Positions 58,839-64,000 of a stretch of 64,000 nucleotides of DNA are shown here, piece after piece. The first letter of the stretch is position 1. Each line of letters begins with the position of its first letter. The notes beneath the pieces were generated by a model. That model saw only the letters and a list, made by a program, of their open reading frames with translations. It was not told the DNA's origin and made no database searches. The stretch comes from Geopsychrobacteraceae bacterium (lineage in GTDB: Bacteria > Desulfobacterota > Desulfuromonadia > Desulfuromonadales > Geopsychrobacteraceae), in the NCBI GenBank assembly GCA_963676795.2, contig CAXXTB010000002.1:1152001-1216000 (forward strand), written 5' to 3'. The position numbers and the translations under genes were made by a program.

Positions 58839-61487
58839 ATGGATCTGATTGCGACACACGCCAACGCTGATTTCGATTGCCTGGGCTCGATGATCGCGGC
58901 CAAGAGGCTTTACCCGGACGCCGTTCTGGTGTTTCCGGGGGGGCAGGAGCGGGGGCTGCGTGACTTCCTGCTGCAAAGTTCGCTCTACGCGTACAATGTC
59001 AAGCGGGTCCGGGATGTCGATTTTGCCCTGGTCAGGCGCCTGATTCTGGTCGATGTCAGTCACGCCTCACGAATCGGTCAGCTTGCTGAGCTACTGGAGC
59101 GTGAGGATCTCGAACTTCATATCTACGATCATCATCCTGAAGCGGGAGGGACGCTGAGGGGGGATCAGGTGGTTATCGAAGAGGTCGGGGCGACCACGAC
59201 GATTCTGACCCACATCTTCATGCAGCGCGGACTGGTTCCGACGCCGGAAGAGGCGACGATGATGATGCTCGGCATCTATGAGGATACCGGTCATCTGCTC
59301 TACTCGTCGACAACCGTCAAGGATTATCAGGCTGCCGCTTTTCTCCTCGAGCATGGGGCCAATCTGAATACGGTCAGCGATTTCCTGATCCGCGAACTGA
59401 CCCCGGAGCAGGTCGAGTTGCTGAACCTGCTGCTCAAATCCTGTCAGAAGCTGATCGTTAACGGTGTCGAGGTTGCTATCGCCTCGGCGTCGATCAGCTT
59501 CTATGTCGGTGATATCTCGACCCTGGTTCACAAGCTCAAGGATATCGAAAATCTCGACGTTCTGATTGCTGCAGTGCGCATGGAGGACCGGATTTTCCTG
59601 GTTGGCCGTTCGCGCCTGCCGGAACTGGATGTCGGTGAACTGTTCCGCGAGTTCGGCGGCGGTGGGCATGCCTTTGCGGCGTCGGGAACGGTCCGGGACC
59701 TGCCTCTTGTCCAGCTGCTCGAACAGCTGGAGGCGGCTCTGTATCGACATGTTCAGCCGAAAAATACCGCGCGTACCCTGATGTCCAGCCCGGCCAAGAG
59801 CCTGCCGGTCGATGCCGATATTGAGTCGGCCCGTGAATTGATGACGCGGTTCAATTTCAACGCCATCCCGGTTCTCGATCATGCGGGTCATGTCGCGGGC
59901 ATCCTGACCCGTCAGGTTGCAGAAAAAGCCGCTCATCACCGGCTGTCAAAGATGACGGTCGGCGATCTGATGAATTCCGATTTTGAGATCGCGCCGCCTG
60001 AAGCCCAGGTGCATGAATTACAGCAGGGAATCATCGCTCACAACCAGCGCTGTGTCCCGATCGTTGAAGCGGGGCGGCTGGTCGGGGTGGTGACCCGCAC
60101 CGACCTGTTACGTCATCTGCTTGGTCAGCGCCAGTTGAACGATGAGGTCGGTGGACAAGCCGGTCTTTCCGGGTTTCAGCTCAAGCGCAAGGGGCTGGCC
60201 CGACTGCTGGATACTCAATTGCCACAGAAGGTCAAAGAGCGCCTCCAGCAGTTCAGCCTGGTTGCTGAAGAGACGGGGCTGCGCATCTACCTGGTTGGCG
60301 GCTGTGTGCGCGACCTGTTGCTGCGCAAGGAGAACCTCGATATCGATATCGTCGTTGTCGGTGACGGAATCGCTTTCGCGCGGGCCTTTGCCGGCAAGTA
60401 TGCCTGTCGGGTACGCGAACATGACAAGTTTGCGACGGCGGTTATCGTCATGGAAGATGGTTTCAAGATCGATATCGCATCGGCCCGCCTGGAATATTAT
60501 GACCGGCCGGCCGCTCTGCCACGGGTTGAGCACGCCTCGCTCAGGCACGATCTCTACCGGCGCGATTTTACGATCAATACTTTGACAATTTCCCTGAATC
60601 GGGATAACTATGGGCAGTTGCTCGATTTCTTCGGTGGCCAGCGGGACCTCAAGGAGAGGTCAATACGGATTTTGCACAACCTGAGCTTTGTCGAGGATCC
60701 GACCCGGCTGTTCCGTGCGGTCCGTTTCGAGCAGAGGCTCGGTTTTCGTATCGGCCGTCAGACTGAACGACTGATGCACAGTGCCGTACGCCTGAATCTG
60801 GTCAAGAAGGTCGGGGGCGCCAGGATCCTTCAGGAGTTACGTCTGATTCTCAACGAAGACGAGGTCGTTGCCGCTCTGCAGCGACTGCAGGACCTTGATC
60901 TTCTGAAATTTATCGATTCCAAACTGTTTTTTTCTGACGACAGCGGGAAGCTGCTGCGCAGGGCCGAACAGGCCTGTAGCTGGTTTGATCTGCTGTTTAC
61001 CGGTGAATCTTATCAGCGCTGGCTGGTCTATCTTCTGTGTCTTTTCGATGCGCTCACTGACAAAGCCGTACAGCGGGTTGTTGAGTGGTTGATGATCCCG
61101 GCCAGGAACGCTCCACTGCTGCTTCAGCAGCGCCAGCGCTGCCGGGATCTGCAGAAATGTTTCAGGGCCTGGCCGAAAAGAAGTGCCGTGCTCAACAGCG
61201 AAATCTACCGCTGTCTGGAAGATCTTGACCTGGAAGCTCTTCTCTATCTTGTCGCGCGCACCGATGATAAGGAGTGGCGTCAGAGAATTTCTCTCTACGT
61301 TACGGAGTTGCGCAGGATCACCCCGCTGCTTTCGGGGCAGGATCTTATCGAGCTTGGCTATAGGCCCGGCAGGCGTTTCCAGGAGTTGCTCGGTGCCCTG
61401 CAGGACGCGCGCCTGAATGGTTTGGTTCATACGCGCGAAGATGAAGTCGCTTTACTTGAACGGCTTTATCCGGCTGACGATTTTTAA
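58839..61487 (+). CDS. DHH-DHHA1-CBS-CBS-nucleotidyltransferase; probably the A-adding tRNA nucleotidyltransferase
   Basis: THANADFD, DHH, GGGGHAFAAS, CBS pair, GGCVRD...DIDIVV, RRDFTIN, EDPTRLFRAVRF. Confidence 0.85.
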   Translation: MDLIATHANADFDCLGSMIAAKRLYPDAVLVFPGGQERGLRDFLLQSSLYAYNVKRVRDVDFALVRRLILVDVSHASRIGQLAELLEREDLELHIYDHHPEAGGTLRGDQVVIEEVGATTTILTHIFMQRGLVPTPEEATMMMLGIYEDTGHLLYSSTTVKDYQAAAFLLEHGANLNTVSDFLIRELTPEQVELLNLLLKSCQKLIVNGVEVAIASASISFYVGDISTLVHKLKDIENLDVLIAAVRMEDRIFLVGRSRLPELDVGELFREFGGGGHAFAASGTVRDLPLVQLLEQLEAALYRHVQPKNTARTLMSSPAKSLPVDADIESARELMTRFNFNAIPVLDHAGHVAGILTRQVAEKAAHHRLSKMTVGDLMNSDFEIAPPEAQVHELQQGIIAHNQRCVPIVEAGRLVGVVTRTDLLRHLLGQRQLNDEVGGQAGLSGFQLKRKGLARLLDTQLPQKVKERLQQFSLVAEETGLRIYLVGGCVRDLLLRKENLDIDIVVVGDGIAFARAFAGKYACRVREHDKFATAVIVMEDGFKIDIASARLEYYDRPAALPRVEHASLRHDLYRRDFTINTLTISLNRDNYGQLLDFFGGQRDLKERSIRILHNLSFVEDPTRLFRAVRFEQRLGFRIGRQTERLMHSAVRLNLVKKVGGARILQELRLILNEDEVVAALQRLQDLDLLKFIDSKLFFSDDSGKLLRRAEQACSWFDLLFTGESYQRWLVYLLCLFDALTDKAVQRVVEWLMIPARNAPLLLQQRQRCRDLQKCFRAWPKRSAVLNSEIYRCLEDLDLEALLYLVARTDDKEWRQRISLYVTELRRITPLLSGQDLIELGYRPGRRFQELLGALQDARLNGLVHTREDEVALLERLYPADDF

Positions 61488-61555
61488 CCCTTTACTGATG
61501 CCGGACAGCCCGGGGCATTTATGCCTCATCAGATTGGATACTCTATTGGAATTTC

Positions 61556-62239
61556 ATGGAAACTCTGGTTTCTAAAATTGCCATAATGCTGGTTCCCGCG
61601 CTTTTTTCGATCATGATGCATGAGGTTGCTCATGGTTATGTCGCGGAACGTTTTGGTGACCCGACCGCTCGTTTGCTCGGACGCCTGAATCTGAACCCGT
61701 TCAAACATCTGGATCTGATCGGAGTGCTGGCCCTGTTTGCTTTTGGTTTTGGCTGGGCCAAGCCTGTTCCGGTCAACCCCGGCAACTTCCGACGTCCGCG
61801 CCGTGATATGGTCTGGGTTGCCATAGCGGGTCCAGTGACTAATTTTCTTCTGGCTTTTGCATCGGCCCTGTTACTGCACGGTCTGGCCTTTCTCAATCAG
61901 GTCGTTCTGGACCAGACTCTCTATCTGCAGGTTCTGCAGCCGGTCAGGATGATGCTGGCTTTCAGTCTGTATATCAATGTTCTGCTCGCGGTCTTCAATC
62001 TGATTCCTCTGCCTCCGCTCGATGGTGGGCGCGTACTGGTTGGGCTGCTGCCCAAACGGCAGGCCCTGCTGGTCAGTCGTCTTGAACCGTTCGGATTTGT
62101 CCTGATTATTGTTCTGGTTTTCTTTACCCGGCTCTGGCCGCTGGTGCTGGCTCCGATAATCAATGGCATTGTTCAGCTGCTTGCCGGTCATCAGGTGCTG
62201 CTGGTTCAGCAGGCGATGCATTTTTTGCTGGGGCACTGA
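61556..62239 (+). CDS. site-2 protease (M50) family
   Basis: HEVAH, AGPVTN, FNLIPLPPLDGG. Confidence 0.93.
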   Translation: METLVSKIAIMLVPALFSIMMHEVAHGYVAERFGDPTARLLGRLNLNPFKHLDLIGVLALFAFGFGWAKPVPVNPGNFRRPRRDMVWVAIAGPVTNFLLAFASALLLHGLAFLNQVVLDQTLYLQVLQPVRMMLAFSLYINVLLAVFNLIPLPPLDGGRVLVGLLPKRQALLVSRLEPFGFVLIIVLVFFTRLWPLVLAPIINGIVQLLAGHQVLLVQQAMHFLLGH

Positions 62240-62244
62240 AACCG

Positions 62245-63012
62245 ATGGGGATCAATGTCGTCCTCGATAATTTTTCCGGCCCGCTCGATCTGTTGCTGCA
62301 GCTGATCAGGGACAATGCGATGGATATCTACGATATCCAGATTGTCGAGATAACCGATCAGTACCTGAGGGTGATAGAGCAGATGCAACGGCTCGATCTC
62401 GATCTGGCCAGTGAATTTCTGCTCATGGCGGCGACACTGATTCATATCAAGTCGCGGATGCTGTTGCCTGTCGCTGAGGAGGAGGGTGAGGAGGATGGTG
62501 ACGATCCCCGCACTGAGTTGGTCAGGCGGCTGCTCGAATATCAGCGTTACAAAGAGGTTGCGGCGGTTTTTGAGGAACTGCCCCAGTTGAACCGTGATCT
62601 GTTTTTTGCCAGTGCCAGGGCGGGGGAATGGCTTGAGCTTGAAACGGAAGAGGATGAAATCAGTGTCGGGATCTATCAGCTCGCCGAAGCCTTTCAGTAT
62701 CTGCTCAACAACATGCCGGTCGAGGTTTTTCATGAGGTTGTTCGCGAGTCGCTTTCCGTGGCCGAGTTTGTTTGCCGTATCGCGGACCGCCTGCTGCGCC
62801 AGGAGCGCGTGGCGTTCCGCGAGTTTTTTCAGGCGGGAACCAGCAGGGATGTGATGGTTGTGACCTTTCTGGCGATGCTCGAGCTGGTCAAGATGCGCAT
62901 GATCAATATCGAACAGACCGCTGAGTTCAGGGATATCTGGCTCTCTCCGGCCGTTACGCCGGAGGTTCTGGGGGCCGTTATGACAGACGAGGCAGCGCTT
63001 GGCTATGGATAA
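62245..63012 (+). CDS. scpA: segregation and condensation protein A
   Basis: FSGPLDLLLQLI, MAATLIHIKSRMLLP, TFLAMLEL. Confidence 0.95.
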   Translation: MGINVVLDNFSGPLDLLLQLIRDNAMDIYDIQIVEITDQYLRVIEQMQRLDLDLASEFLLMAATLIHIKSRMLLPVAEEEGEEDGDDPRTELVRRLLEYQRYKEVAAVFEELPQLNRDLFFASARAGEWLELETEEDEISVGIYQLAEAFQYLLNNMPVEVFHEVVRESLSVAEFVCRIADRLLRQERVAFREFFQAGTSRDVMVVTFLAMLELVKMRMINIEQTAEFRDIWLSPAVTPEVLGAVMTDEAALGYG

Positions 63013-63574
63013 GGATTTAAGGGCCCTGACGGAGGCTTACATCTTTGCTTCTGATGCTCCGCTGAGCATTGACCGTCTGCAGCTCCTGCTCGAGCAGCCA
63101 CGCAGTCTGGTCAGGGAGATCCTCGATGATCTGGTCGCGGAATACGCCGGGGAGGGGAAGGGGATCTATCTGGCCGAGGTTGCCGGTGGCTATCAGTTCC
63201 GGACCCGACTTGAATATGCTCAGCAGATGCGTAAACTTGCAAAAGAGAGAAGTTTTCGTTTTTCTCAGGCGGCCCTCGAAACCCTGGCAATTATCGCCTA
63301 TCGGCAACCGGTGACCCGCGGGGAGATCGAATATCTGCGGGGAGTTGATTCCGGTGGGGTTATGAAGACTCTGCTTGAGAAGAACCTGCTGAAAATTCTC
63401 GGCAAAAAAGATGTCCCAGGGCGTCCGCTTATGTATGGGACCAGCCGACATTTTCTTGAACTGTTCGGTCTGCGGGATTTGAGTGAACTGCCGACCCTGA
63501 AGGAATTGGCCGCACTCGATCCCCAGTTGGAAGAAGCCCTCCCGCTTGAAGCGGAGAGGCCGGAAGGACTATGA
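63005..63574 (+). CDS. scpB: segregation and condensation protein B
   Basis: AALETLAIIAYRQPVTRGEIEYLRGV, PGRPLMYGT..FL..FGL. Confidence 0.95.
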   Translation: MDKDLRALTEAYIFASDAPLSIDRLQLLLEQPRSLVREILDDLVAEYAGEGKGIYLAEVAGGYQFRTRLEYAQQMRKLAKERSFRFSQAALETLAIIAYRQPVTRGEIEYLRGVDSGGVMKTLLEKNLLKILGKKDVPGRPLMYGTSRHFLELFGLRDLSELPTLKELAALDPQLEEALPLEAERPEGL

Positions 63575-64000
63575 CGAAAGAACGAATACAGAAATTGATC
63601 GCCCAGGCCGGTCTGGCTTCGCGGCGTGAGGCCGAAACCTGGATTCAGGACGGACGAGTGAAGCTGAACGGTAAAGTCGCTACTCTCGGCGAACAGGCGA
63701 CTCCCGGGCAGGACCGGATCGAGGTCGACGGTCGGCCGCTGAGTTTTGGCGAAGAGGTTGTGACAATCCTGCTGAACAAGCCCCGTGGCTATATATCGAC
63801 GCTGAAAGATCCTCAGGGGCGGCCCCTGGTGACCGACCTGATCAAGGATCTGCCGCAGCGCCTCTATCCGGTCGGCAGGCTCGACTTCAATACTGAAGGG
63901 CTGCTGTTGCTGACCAATGATGGTCCTCTGGCGCACAAGCTGAGTCATCCCAGCTCTCATGTCGACAAAACCTATCTGGTGAAGGCGCGAGGTGAACTTT
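63571..64000 (+). CDS. rluB: 23S rRNA pseudouridine synthase (RluB/RsuA family), truncated by window edge
   Basis: Not in the ORF track. Hand translation MTKERIQKLIAQAGLASRREAE...LNKPRGY...YPVGRLDFNTEGLLLLTNDG; follows scpAB. Confidence 0.9.
   Translation, partial: MTKERIQKLIAQAGLASRREAETWIQDGRVKLNGKVATLGEQATPGQDRIEVDGRPLSFGEEVVTILLNKPRGYISTLKDPQGRPLVTDLIKDLPQRLYPVGRLDFNTEGLLLLTNDGPLAHKLSHPSSHVDKTYLVKARGEL

Noticed and set aside
1..64000. CRISPR arrays, tRNA/rRNA genes, integrases, transposases, defence systems
   Set aside because: None recognised on reading; intergenic spaces are short and accounted for. Not confirmed with tRNAscan or Infernal.

Overview
Core-genome chromosome segment of a GC-rich deltaproteobacterium. 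Gene order and protein sequences point to Desulfuromonadales/Geobacterales (inference, not a database result). Left edge: a truncated minus-strand SLC5(sodium:solute symporter)-STAC-GAF sensor with a small membrane partner. About 2.6-25.2 kb is a co-oriented envelope gene string: TPR lipoprotein, LolB/DUF4292-like lipoprotein, a peptide ABC transporter with a stand-alone MshEN c-di-GMP receptor inserted in it, ychJ, mutM, lysS, lolE/D, bamA, skp, lpxD, fabZ, lpxA, lpxB, msbA, DUF374, waaA, lpxK and a Trm112-like gene. About 25.2-49.3 kb is an AT-richer LPS/LOS locus. It has no heptosyltransferase or wzx/wzy/waaL. It does have ELM1/GtrOC1, GT4, GT2, GT-D and RgpF glycosyltransferases, two YrbL-like kinases, three tandem sulfotransferase-like genes, and rmlBDA/C split by a block carrying three different O-acylation systems, plus comEA and a UDP-glucuronate epimerase. 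The right part is housekeeping: yicC-gmk-rpoZ-rel-ridA, rpmB, DUF523-purN-purM, rimI-pyrK-pyrD, a DHH-CBS tRNA nucleotidyltransferase, site-2 protease, scpAB and rluB (truncated). Highlights are a Rel enzyme with an apparently dead hydrolase domain, the orphan MshEN protein in the opp operon, the sulfation/acetylation/phosphorylation-rich heptose-free LOS-like locus, and a ~145 bp palindromic element after rel. No rRNA, tRNA, CRISPR array or transposase was seen.
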